Assembly (NCBI GenBank): GCA_950097015.1
Contig: CATNEN010000007.1
Coordinates: forward strand, 5,766,001 to 5,830,000
Length of the DNA: 64,000 nucleotides
Reading direction: 5' to 3'
Source: Macrostomum hystrix
Taxonomy: Eukaryota; Animalia; Platyhelminthes
Of the stretch, positions 23,401 through 34,341 are shown piece after piece; position 1 is the first letter of the stretch; each line of letters begins with the position of its first letter. The notes under the pieces were generated by a model that worked only from the letters and a program-made list of their open reading frames with translations, made no database searches and was not told where the DNA came from. The position numbers and the translations under genes were made by a program.

Positions 23401-26400
23401 TGCCAGGGCTGGACAGCACACACTCACACTTTAGCTTTCCGCTAAAATCCTGTCTGCTAACAGTTTTAGCATTTAACATGTCTTCAGACCGCATTCAGAT
23501 GCACCCTGCCTCTGTCCTTTTCTGCTCTGTCAGGGTGAAGTCCAGTGGAATAGACTAGCAATCCATTCTATTCCTGTTTCTGTCAAATAGACTAGCAATC
23601 AATTCTATTCCTGTTTCTGTCAAATAGACTAGCAATCCATTATATTCCTGTTTCTGTGAAATAAACTAGCAATCCATTATATTCCTGTTTCTGTGAAATA
23701 AACTAGCAATCCATTATATTCCTGTTTCTGTCAAATAGACTAGCAATCCATTCTATTCCTGTTTCTGTCAAATAGACTAGCAATCCATTCTATTCCTGTT
23801 TCTGTCAAATAGACTAGCAATCCATTCTATTCCTGTTTCTGTCAAATAGACTAGCAATCAATTCTATTCCTGTTTCTGTCAAATAGACTAGCAATCCATT
23901 ATATTCCTGTTTCTGTGAAATAAACTAGCAATCCATTATATTCCTGTTTCTGTGAAATAAACTAGCAATCCATTATATTCCTGTTTCTGTCAAATAGACT
24001 AGCAATCCATTCTATTCCTGTTTCTGTCAAATAGACTAGCAATCCATTCTATTCCTGTTTCTGTCAAATAGACTAGCAATCCATTCTATTCCTGTTTCTG
24101 TCAAATAGACTAGCAATCCATTCTATTCCTGTTTCTGTCAAATAGACTAGCAATCCATTCTATTCCTGTTTCTGTCAAATAGACTAGCAATCCATTCTAT
24201 TCCTGTTTCTGTCAAATAGACTAGCAATCCATTCAATTCCTGTTTCTGTGGAATAGACTAGCAATCCACTGAGCAGTCCAGGCGCCTCACCCGGAAAGAT
24301 GGAGATGGTCTTGAGCACGCGAAATACTCGAAAAGTTCTCAGCGAGCCGACATTGACATTGTTTGAAGACAGCGTGTTCTCCACAATGATCATGACGTAC
24401 CTATACGTCGGCGATAATGAAATTAAGTTTTTATTGTAATAGTAGAGATTTTAGATAAAAAATGCTTATAATTTAGCTACTCACGACGTTATCACCACAA
24501 TGAGATCTAGCCAGTTCCACGGATCGCGCAGGTAAGTATAGTTATCCATGATGAGACCTCTAGACAGGATTTTAATCACGCACTCCATTGTGTAGATTGC
24601 CAGAAAGGCGTACCTGCGTATTAATGGGTTAGAGTTTCACGGTAGAACGGGATAATTTTGTCATTTAAAAAAAGACTTTCGAGAAATGAAACTCTCAGAT
24701 TATTTTTAGGGTACGATAAATGTGTAAGCTGATACAATAATGTCATTAATGTTATTGTGACGTGAATTTCTCTTTGGACCAATCTGTGGACCGATGACGT
24801 GGTTTCACGATCCGACAATCGATTTTTAATTAGTTATTATTGCTAGTTTTAGAAAGTAATTAGCGACATCAGAGAGATTCAGGTGTGACTGATCGGTGGT
24901 TAAGCAGAGCACTTACTCAGCAGGCTTGACCTCATACGGCAGGGCCAGGAACACGCAGTTGGTGAGGATAGTCAGCATGATGAGGTAGTCGAACAGCTGG
25001 TTGGTGGAGACCATGATGAGCAGGCGCCTGACCGGATGCCAGGGCTCCAGGCAGTAGAATGCCGGGTTGGCCGAGAACCGGTAGATGTACTTCTTGCGCA
25101 GCCGGGTGTTGATCACCACGAAGGACTGCAAATATTTGGTGCTAAACTGCGGCGACCGGCTTTCCACAATCAGCTCGTCCAGGGTTAGGATTCGCTTCTT
25201 GACCGCGTACGGGTCCTCGGACACCACCGTCAAGCCTTCCCAAGGCTCGGCGTCCATTCGGCTTGGGAGATGGTTGGGTCTACTCTTTGAGTACAGCTCA
25301 CCGGGTCTACATGGCTCCTGGGTATTGTTTTATAACCTATGCGAGTCACCTGATCGCCTTCTGGGATCTTAATAGTCCTAGCTGCGGGGAGCGGTTGCGG
25401 CTGCCTGCTCAGAACTGCCCACCCGGCTCAAAGCGGATTAAATCGTCGAAGAAGAAATAAAAGAAATGAAAGCAAACGGACCGGGCGGCAGTGGGACAAT
25501 GAGAGAGCAAGGGGGTGCGCCTGTTCGCCAGTCACATATCAATCTCCAGGCTGAGAGGGTGGGGGGGGCAGCCGGCACACCAGCGCTTGACCTGCCGCCT
25601 CCTAGCTGGCGGGGTTGGCAGGCAGAGAGCGGGCGGCTTGAGCTCTGAATCTCTTTTTCACAGCTCGCCCGCTCCGTTTCCTTGTCCGAGCCCCATTTGC
25701 ACGGCTTTTCTGTTCACGGCCGGCCCGACGACTCCGCTGACGAACTGACGAGCTGGCTGAGGTGGGCCCTCCGATGAGAGGCCGAGGTGGGCAGCAATTG
25801 CGGGGAAAGGTGGCGCTGAATAATTCAGGCCGAAGGGCCAGTTTGCTGGCAGATGCCTCACCAGAGGATTTTCTTCAGCCCTTCCATCTATGGCGCCACT
25901 TACTCCCCCCCGGCTTTGAGTCGATAAATTTGAGCTGGCCGGCCCGAAAGGCGCAACAGGCGGGCGATTCTCCAAAGCCCTTCCCCTCGGGCCGTGCAGC
26001 CTTCTGACTCAGCGCCTCGGCGTCTTCATTGCGGCGCTGTTTCACTCAGAAAAAATCCGGCCAGGGTATCAGGGGACCGACACGGCATAAAGCATGGCAA
26101 AGGCCGGCCAGCGCTTGACGAGGAAGTCCGGAACGGGGCGGACGCGGTTTTGCTAACGTAAAAGTACATCTTCACTTCGTTGGCTGGCAAAGGTGAATTT
26201 TGTTTGCAAAGGCAAGAAGACGAAATCTGATGGCAGACATTTTAGGAACAACTGTCAGACGATTGATATCAACCTCATTGACTTCATTTTAGCAACTAGT
26301 AGCAGTAGAAAGAAAGACTTTTTTCCGGACATTTTTGCCAATTATCTGGTCAGAGATTCCTGTCAGCCATCCAGTCAGAGATTCCTGTCAGACATCCAGC

Positions 26401-29400
26401 CAGAGATTCCTGTCAGACATCCAGCCAGAGATTCCTGTCAGCCATTCAGTCAGAGATTCCTGTCAGCCATCCAATTAGAGATTCCTGTCAGCTATCCTGC
26501 CAGACATTCCTGTCAGCCATCCAATCAGATATTCCTGTCAGCCATCCAAACAGAGATTCCTGTCAGCCATCCAGTCAGAGATTCCTGTCAGCCATCCAAT
26601 CAGAGATTCGTGTCAGCCATCCAAACAGAGATTCCTGTCAGCCATCCAGTCAGAGATTCCTGTCAGCCATCCAATTAGAGATTCCTGTCAGCTATCCTGC
26701 CAGACATTCCTGTCAGCCATCCAGTCAGAGATTCCTGTCAGCCATCCAGTCAGAGATTCCTGTCAACCATCCAGTCAGAGATTCCTGTCAGCCATCCAGT
26801 CAGAGATTCCTGTCAGCACCCGGAACGCACCCTCCGCTGCAGCAGGTCGTCGATCTCCTCCACCGGCCGCGCCAGCAGCTCCTCAGGGAATTCGCCGAAC
26901 CGATCCGGCAGCGGGCAGCCCTCGGCCAGGTCAGGATCGCGTGGCGTTCGATCGTCGCCCTCGCCCGGCTGCTCCTCTTCAAATCGAATCTCGCCCTCAA
27001 CCAGGCGGCCCTCGCCGGCGTTGCGCAGCCTCTCCGCCGCCCGACGTCGTCGCACCGCCTCGCGCCGCAGCAGGCGCTGCCGGCTGCGCTGGTCGAAAGC
27101 GCGGAACGCAACCGCCCGCCCGGAGTCCCGGCTGCCAGGACTCGACGCTCTCGACCGGAGGCTAGACCGGCTGTGCAGGACGGAGGTTGCCGCCGCCGTC
27201 GCAATGGAGATCTGCGGCTCATCGTTTCCGTTGACAGCGGCCGCTTCGACAACCGAGCTGGAGCTGGCCGCACCCTCCGTTGCGTCGGCCTGTTGCTGAC
27301 TCTCCGCGCCTGCGCGAGCAATTTCGATATTCTTTATTCTTTGTTTGAAAAAAGTTGAAGACCTAAATTGAAAGCCTGTTTGTTGACTTCTTAAAGTTTT
27401 TCGCTTCGTCCGCTCATTAGCTCAGGCGGCCCCGTGTCAACTTTTCATTGCCGCTTCAAAAAATGGCGAGGTGGGCGGAGCGAGCAAGTGAGTCGAAGGC
27501 TGCTCAGGCCGGGCCAGTGAGAGGCTGGGACCAGAAAGTCACCCTGCCTGTTCCGTCTTCTTCTTCCGCCGATTCTTGTCCTATTCATTGTGTCCCCCTG
27601 TCTCTCCCTCTTGGCGGCAGAAGCAGAAGCCCGCTGGCTCCTCCCTCTGACTGGCTCATAAATCAGGCCTCAGCTGTCAAGGTGAGCGTGTGTGTTCTCT
27701 GTTTCTGGCTGACCGGCCTAATTCCCTGTACCTGTCTGCCAGGCTCAAGCCGTGCACAAAAAGGCTGCAAATGGGTTGGGGTGTGCCCCGTGAGCGCGAG
27801 AACCGCACCGAGCCGCGTAAGAATGATAAATAAACACTAAAATTGCTGACAGACAGACATACGAAGGACTCTGGCAATAAGAGAGAGGGTGTGATAAACA
27901 GAGAGTGGTGTGATAAACAGAGAGTGGTGTGATAAACTGAGAGAGGGTGTGATGAACTGAGAGAGGGTGTGATGAACAGAGAGTGGTGTGATGAACAGAG
28001 AGTGGTGTGATAAACAGTGAGTGGTGTGATGAACAGAGAGTGGTGTGATAAACGGAGAGTGGTGTGATAAACAGAGAGAGGGTGTGATGAACAGAGAGTG
28101 GTGTGATAAACAGAGAGTGGTGTGATAAACAGAGAGAGGGTGTGATGAACAGAGAGTGGTGTGATGAACAGAGAGTGGTGTGATAAACAGAGAGTGGTGT
28201 GATAAACAGAGAGAGGGTGTGATGAACAGAGAGTGGGGTGATAAACAGAGAGTGGTGTGATGAACAGAGAGTGGTGTGATGAACAGAGAGTGGTGTGATA
28301 AACAGAGAGTGGTGTGATGAACAGAGAGTGGTGCGATGAACAGAGAGTGGTGTGATGAACAGAGAGTGGGGTGATAAACAGAGAGTGGTGTGATGAACAG
28401 AGAGTGGTGTTATGAATAGAGAGTGGTGTGATAAACAGTGAGTGGTGTGATGAACAGAGAGTGGGGTGATAAACAGAGAGTGGTGTGATGAACAGAGAGT
28501 GGTGTTATGAACAGAGAGTGGTGTGATGAACAGAGAGTGGTGTGATGAACAGAGAGAGTGGTGTGATAAACTGTGAGATGTTGTGATAAATTGAGAGATG
28601 GTGTGATAAAGTGGGAGACGGTGTGATAAACTGAGTAGAGAAAGTGATAAACTGATAGATGTTGCGCTAAACTGAGTTGAATGTGTGATGTACTGTTTAG
28701 TCTGTGCGATAAACTGCGAGATGGTGTGATAAAGTAAGTAGAGGGGTGATAACCGGTTAGAGATTGTGAAAAAGCACTGAATAAGTGTTAGATTAAACAG
28801 TAATCTCAAACAAACAAGCTTTAAACTCACTGAAACGCACAGTGTCTCTAAGTAACACAAACAGACCCGATCTGAGTACTCTAAAGATGGCTCGCAGAAT
28901 ATCGAACGGAGCCGAGTGCTATTACTCGTAGGAGCAGAGACTGTTTAACCTCAAGCCTGGAGAGCGCGGTATTCGAATTATGATCGATTTGGAATAATCA
29001 ATAAATTGCTACTTGACAGAAAGCAGCGATACATTTTTTCATAGGTTTCCCCTTCGAGTCAATTAGAAGAAAAAGAATACGTTGATGGAAGTCAAACTTT
29101 ACTGGCGGTTTGTGAATCAATTCGAGTCTTGATTTGAGCACCTTCAAATACTTACTACAGTCTCTCTGCCTTCCTTCATTTACCCTCTGCTTAAATGGAT
29201 GCCAGGATAGTATGATGAGGATAAGGATAAAATGTAAAAAGGATAAATATAAATTGTTAAAGATAATAGGATAATGATTACAAGACTATTATAAAAATAA
29301 TGATGTGAATGATAAGGATGGCATGATGATAAGGCTGTGTCATGGATAAAGATTGGCATGATAAGGATGTGTCTTGGATAAGGATGTGTCTTGGATAAGG

Positions 29401-29607
29401 ATGTGTCTTGGATAAGGATGTGTCTTGGATAAGGATGTGTCTTGGATAAGGATGTGTCTTGGATAAGGATGTGTCTTGGATAAGGATGTGTCTTGGATAA
29501 GGATGTGTCTTGGATAAGGATGGCATGATGATAAGCGCTGACTCACCCAGCTCGGCTGCCCGGTGACCATTGCGCAGTTTGAGCCGGTACCTGATCAGGT
29601 TGGACAT
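11405..29607 (-). CDS. Nav2: Four-domain voltage-gated channel alpha subunit, Nav2 (BSC1/DSC1) family, DEEA selectivity filter
   Basis: Exons (minus strand): 29607-29547, 27309-26831, 25125-24917, 24613-24485, 24400-24291, 22484-22036, 21772-21638, [21021-20992 optional], 20346-19819, 19677-19614, 19122-18899, 18812-18642, 18358-18011, 17262-16860, 16790-16282, 15977-15804, 15445-15317, 14780-14508, 14442-14251, 13997-13890, 13810-13540, 12543-11405; phases are consistent. P-loops ITLDFWEN / LCGEWIEA / ATFEGWME / TTSAGWND; four Arg-rich S4 segments; III-IV linker LEVFLTPSQ; EF-hand-like and IQ-like (LQRAWRRHK) C-terminus. Exon 1 is the least certain. Confidence 0.93.
12672..12983. mobile_element. 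hAT (Buster/Charlie-type) MITE in the last Nav2 intron
   Basis: TIRs caggggtcggcaaa / tttgccgacccctg; 8-bp TSD ttctagaa / ctctagaa, matching the NTCTAGAN Charlie target; internal 16-bp gagacagggaagagat repeats. Confidence 0.92.
13290..13441 (-). mobile_element. Diverged central fragment of SINE family A
   Basis: tgtacatctgacctg...cacactctcactgagacttgggagtgttggcgcctcaaaggtgtaatt aligns with 17597-17680. Confidence 0.7.
14865..14955. repeat. 19-bp minisatellite (cacccacctcactccgagc)
   Basis: ~4 tandem copies. Confidence 0.85.
17391..17782 (-). mobile_element. tRNA-derived SINE, family A (head partly truncated)
   Basis: The reverse complement matches 1140-1480 along its length and has an (ATT)n-type tail. 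Confidence 0.85.
18383..18560. repeat. 21-bp minisatellite (gttgctagatgtgggctgagg)
   Basis: ~8 copies inside the GC-AG intron. Confidence 0.95.
19200..19590. repeat. ~28-bp minisatellite (cctttgaagtgccgctgatacctcacat)
   Basis: Tandem copies. Confidence 0.93.
20372..20902. repeat. 21-bp minisatellite (gatctgtgagcctgtctgtgg), ~25 copies
   Basis: Tandem copies next to the Nav2 acceptor at 20347. Confidence 0.97.
21840..22017. repeat. 19-21-bp minisatellite (tgtaacacactgtaagtgc)
   Basis: Tandem copies. Confidence 0.93.
22503..22953. repeat. 34-bp minisatellite (atgggataaatcggtgatgccagtgtgacagagg)
   Basis: Tandem copies. Confidence 0.95.
23549..24268. repeat. 37-bp minisatellite (aatagactagcaatccattctattcctgtttctgtca), ~19 copies
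   Basis: Tandem copies. Confidence 0.97.
26349..26817. repeat. 25-bp minisatellite (gtcagagattcctgtcagccatcca)
   Basis: Tandem copies. Confidence 0.96.
27880..28570. repeat. 19-bp minisatellite (acagagagtggtgtgatra)
   Basis: Tandem copies; source of the spurious His-rich ORF. Confidence 0.96.
29359..29520. repeat. 17-bp minisatellite (gataaggatgtgtcttg)
   Basis: Tandem copies. Confidence 0.95.
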
Positions 29608-30443
29608 GCTGCCAGGTGAGTCAGGTTGAGCAGTTGTCAGCGGTGCACCCCAAGTCAGGCATCCTTCAGATGTGATTGCTCTACGATTCTGTGAGCAGCA
29701 ATTTCACACTGGTTAAAGCATATCGGCTTCCTGCGCCTCACGGGAGGCTGTGAGAACCAGCTGGTTAGCTGCTTAGTGCCCAGCCAATCCCACGAGACCC
29801 CCACAATAAAGCTCCCAGTTTTAGCTACCCTTCCCAACTGTTTTGCGTTGGCCTCCAAATCTCACTGGGCTAGAACCAATCTGTATAGATTTCTGACTTA
29901 AGCAGTCTCAGAGACAGTCTGTCTGGCCATCCATTCACTCTACTCAATACTCAAACACATATCGAGTAGAGTGAATGTCTACTCAAACACATATCGAGTA
30001 GAGTGAATGTCTACTCAAACTGAGATTGAGTAGAGTGAATGTCTACTCAAACTGATATTGAGTAGAATGAATTGCTGCTCAAACTGGTGACATAATTCAA
30101 GTATACAAACCCGAATTCATTGTAAAAGTACATTTGAGAATCTGAGCAAAACAGATCAGTCCACTTGTGTTTATCTAAAACGATGTTACTATCATTTAGC
30201 TGTCAGCGGGTTGAGACAGACTCATAGCTCAAATCGCAACCGTCCATACGAGTTTTATTTTCGTAAGCACTTAAATTTCTGTGACGATAAGACCTTCTAC
30301 TCGTATACTGGTAGCTATGCTAAACTGGGTTACGATGGCTTAGGTTGCTTAGCTTTGTGGCTCAATTAGCAGTCTAGACTCGGGTGGCTGAGCTTATTTT
30401 TAGATAGATTAGCTCTGCTCGGAGAAGCTTCTGGGCAATACTC

Positions 30444-30521
<78 letters not shown>

Positions 30522-30522
30522 G
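30444..30522. repeat. (GATA)n microsatellite
   Basis: ~19 perfect copies. Confidence 0.98.
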
Positions 30523-30839
30523 TGACCCGCTCAGCCCATAACTTGCCCCGGGGCCACTGCTGTCACACAGCGGAGGTGGGTTGGCATCCTGCACTGTGCA
30601 TTTGGAAAGCAAAGTTAGATTGCCTCAATGAATTATTCAGGCAGAGTGGAAGGAACGAACACGAAAAATCACTTTTTAAATCTGAGCGAAATTTATTTCA
30701 AAAGTGTAAGACCGAATTATTTTAGAATTTGTTGTCATAGCACGAATGTCTAAATTACATAATACTCACTTACCCACCTACTGAAAGTAGTCTGCAGAAG
30801 TAACAATTCAGAAAGAGAGACAAGATAGTGATCGAAGAT

Positions 30840-31015
30840 AGGGAGTGACAGAAGATAGAGAGTGACAGAAGATAGAGAGTGACAGAAGATAGAGAGTGAC
30901 AGAAGATAGAGAGTGACAGAAGATAGAGAGTGACAGAAGATAGAGAGTGACAGAAGATAGAGAGTGACAGAAGATAGAGAGTGACAGAAGATAGAGAGTG
31001 ACAGAAGATAGAGTG
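30840..31015. repeat. 17-bp minisatellite (agtgacagaagatagag)
   Basis: Tandem copies. Confidence 0.95.
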
Positions 31016-31897
31016 GCAGAAGCGACTGTTACCACCAATTTCACAAACAGAAATGCAGAGTTCAAAAAGGAAGGGGGCAGGGAGTGCCAGGGATAAGCGG
31101 CTGAGGGACAGTCTTCAATTCAAAAGCTGGGCTCTGCCATATAATCCATGTCGCAGCTGTGATCCCAGCTGGCCCAAATGCAATAAAATCCCTACGCATG
31201 CTGACGGGTTTGAACTAAGCCATAATTGAAATGATGGATGAGAAAGTACGCGCGCACTCAGTGTTTGATCATGTCTGCCAGGATTAAACCAAACTCCAGT
31301 AGCCAAGAAGCCAGTTTCTTAGAAGGCTTAGAAAGCTAACGTCCCTCCGTGCTGGGAGGCTGCGCGCATCTCATCCCAGGCGGCGGGCTTCCTCATCTCC
31401 CGTCTCTCCTTGCTCATCGCCCCCAATTCATCGCGCCGGCCAAGCTTCAGGGCCATAAAAACTCCAAGCCAACCGTGTTGCCCATAGCGACGCGTGGCTA
31501 GCAGCCCATGCAGGGGCAGACTTGATGAGGAGTTGATAAAATAAAATCCCCCCGACACCCACCTACTCGCCCAGACTGCATCTCAACCGCTTCTTTAAAG
31601 GAGATCACTGCCTGAGACCCTGCTCCACTTGCTGTGAGCTGAAGAAAATCTTCACTAATATACTTCTCAGGTGAGTAAGTCACTCCTTAGAATCCCTACT
31701 CAAAACACATCTTCTCCCCCACACTAGCACCTTCTCCCCCACACTAGCACCTTCTCCCCCACACTAGCACCTTCTCCCCCCACACCACCACCTGCTCCCT
31801 CACACAACCACCTCTTCCAGCTTCCCAATTCCTACTACCTTATCTTTAGTAGCTATTTAGTAGCTATCTATCTATCTATCTTCAGCACTCAGCCGAC

Positions 31898-33475
31898 ATG
31901 TACACGGACGACGACGCTGAGATGCAGGCTCGGATCCGGCAGGCGCTGAAGAACCAGCTGGTGAGCACCTACGGCAGCGACTACCTGTCCCCGGAGGCCT
32001 GCAGGGAGCGGGCGGCTCAGCTGCGCAGCCAGTACGAGGCAGAGCAGCTGCAGTTGGACCAGCAAGAGCTGCGGGTCAGCGCCAGCGGAGGCAGCGTGAA
32101 GCAGACCGACTACAGGAGCTTCGAAGACCGGCCGCAGGAGCTGGTTAACAGCAGGACACGGTGAGTTCGCGACTTCCTGAGTGAGTTCCTGACTTCATGA
32201 GCGAGTTCGCGACTTCCTGAGTGAGTTCGCGACTTCCTGAGTGAGTTCGCGACTTCCTGAGTGAGTTCGCGACTTCATGAGTGAGTTCGCGACTTCATGA
32301 GTGAGTTCACGACTTCCTGAGTGAGTTCCTGACTTCCTGAGTGAGTTCGTGACTTCATGAGTGAGTTCGCGACTTCCTGAGTGAGTTCCTGACTTCCTGA
32401 GTGAGTTCCTGACTTCATGAGTGAGTTCGTGACTTCCTGAGTGAGTTCGCGACTTCATGAGTGAGCTCCTGACTTCCTGAGTGAGTTCGTGACTTCATGA
32501 GTGAGTTCCTGACTTCCTGAGTGAGTTCACGACTTCCTGAGTGAGTTCGTGACTTCCTGAGTGAGTTCGCGACTTCATGAGTGAGTTCGTGACTTCCTGA
32601 GTGAGTTCGTGACTTCATGAGTGAGTTCCTGACTTTATGAGTGAGTTCGCGACTTCCTGAGTGAGTTCCTGACTTCATGAGTGAGTTCGTGACTTCATGA
32701 GTGAGTTCCTGACTTCCTGAGTGAGTTCGTGACTTCATGAGTGAGTTCCTGACTTCATGAGTGAGTTCGTGACTTCCTGAGTGAGTTCCTGACTTCATGA
32801 GTGAGTTCGTGACTTCCTGAGTGAGTTCGCGACTTCATGAGTGAGTTCGTGACTTCCTGAGTGAGTTCGCGACTTCCTGAGTGAGTTCGTGACTTCCTGA
32901 GTGAGTTCCTGACTTCATGAGTGAGTTCGTGACTTCCTGAGTGAGTTCGCGACTTCATGAGTGAGTTCCTGACTTTATGAGTGAGTTCGTGACTTCCTGA
33001 GTGAGTTCCTGACTTCATGAGTGAGTTCCTGACTTCCTGAGTGAGTTCGCGACTTCATGAGTGAGTTCCTGACTTTATGAGTGAGTTCGCGACTTCCTGA
33101 GTGAGTTCCTGACTTTATGAGTGAGTTCGCGACTTCCTGAGTGAGTTCGCGACTTCATGAGTGAGTACATGAGCTAATGTGATGAGTTCATTAGTGATTA
33201 CATGAGTTCTATCCCATTCCGGCAGTTTCGGTGCCAGAGACCGTCAGCTGGGCAAATTCGAGAGCGGCGTGCTGCCACGAGAGGCGGTCAGCGCCGCCTA
33301 CCTCACCAAGGCTTCCTCAGCCGAGGCGAAAAGCCAGGCGACAACATACAAGGACGAAATCAGCAAGCCGGGCCAGCTGAGGGTCCAGCAGCAGCAGCAG
33401 CAGCAGAATCAGCAGGAACTACGCAGATGGAAGCAACCACAGTGGGAGGGTCCCGTGGGGCCCGTACAGAAGTGA
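31898..33475 (+). CDS. Small two-exon protein, possibly TEX26-like (STYxxDY/TTYxxE motifs typical of axonemal microtubule-associated proteins)
   Basis: Exons 31898-32160 and 33226-33475, phase 2, GT-AG, GC-rich codons. Motifs RQALKNQLVSTYGSDY, QTDYR..PQELVNSRTRFG, GVLP, TTYKDE. The family call is from memory of the motif pattern; upstream exons are possible. Confidence 0.6.
32161..33165. repeat. 20-bp minisatellite (gtgagttcgcgacttcctga), ~50 copies, starting at the splice donor
   Basis: Tandem copies that fill almost the whole intron. Confidence 0.98.
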
Positions 33476-33959
33476 TTTTTTAATCTGATAACTTCTGAGA
33501 AGTTGAACTTTAAAAAAAATTCTTTAAGTTACTTTCCTTCCCTTACGCGATTTTATTTCCTTGCTTCCGCCGTCTTTCCTTCTTTTATTTCGGTTTATAT
33601 TGATAACGTAACCAATTGGCGACAGAATATACTACTTCTAGTAAGAAAATCTGCGTCAAAAGTTATTGTTGCGCCAGTAAATAGTCTATTTTTAGCCCTT
33701 GTTAGTCTCCAGGACTTACAATGACAATGAAAGAAATCAGGGGACAGATTGCGCAATAATTGCTAAATCAACAAGAAAGGCAAACTAAGAAAAATAGAAT
33801 GAAAACATATTTTTAGAAGCTTTTCTACAACGAGGACTTTAGCCAGCACAGTACAAGAGATACTTGTTTATGAACAATTACCAGTGAGTACAATCACTGT
33901 TCGCTGGAAAAAATTATCAAAGTACGCTTTTCACGGAAAAATTCTTTGGGATTACCAAG

Positions 33960-34275
33960 CACTGAAATTAGGGAAATCTGACTGGATTCCCCAGCACTGA
34001 AATTGGGGAAATATGACGGGATTCCCCAGCATGAAAAATTAGGGAAATCTGTCGGGATTCCCCAGCACTAAAATTAGGAAATCTGTCGGGATTCCCCAGC
34101 ACTAAAATTAGGAAATCTGTCGGGATTCCCCAGCACGAAAAATTAGGGAAATCTGTCGGGATTCCCCAGCACTGAAATTAGGGAAACCTGTCGGGATTCC
34201 CCAGCACTGAAATTAGGGAAATCTTTCGGGATTCCCCAGCACTGAAATTAGGGAAATCTTTCGGGATTCCCCAGG
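33960..34275. repeat. ~35-bp minisatellite (gcactgaaattagggaaatctgtcgggattcccca)
   Basis: Tandem copies. Confidence 0.93.
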
Positions 34276-34341
34276 ACTGAGACAATGAAAATAGGGGATT
34301 ACACGTTGCCTATTTTGGTGGATAAATCTAGTCGGACTTTC

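Noticed and set aside
25630-26040. GC-rich stretch in Nav2 intron 2 as an extra exon
   Set aside because: No recognisable homology, and exons 2 and 3 already join in frame; the splice signals are unconvincing.
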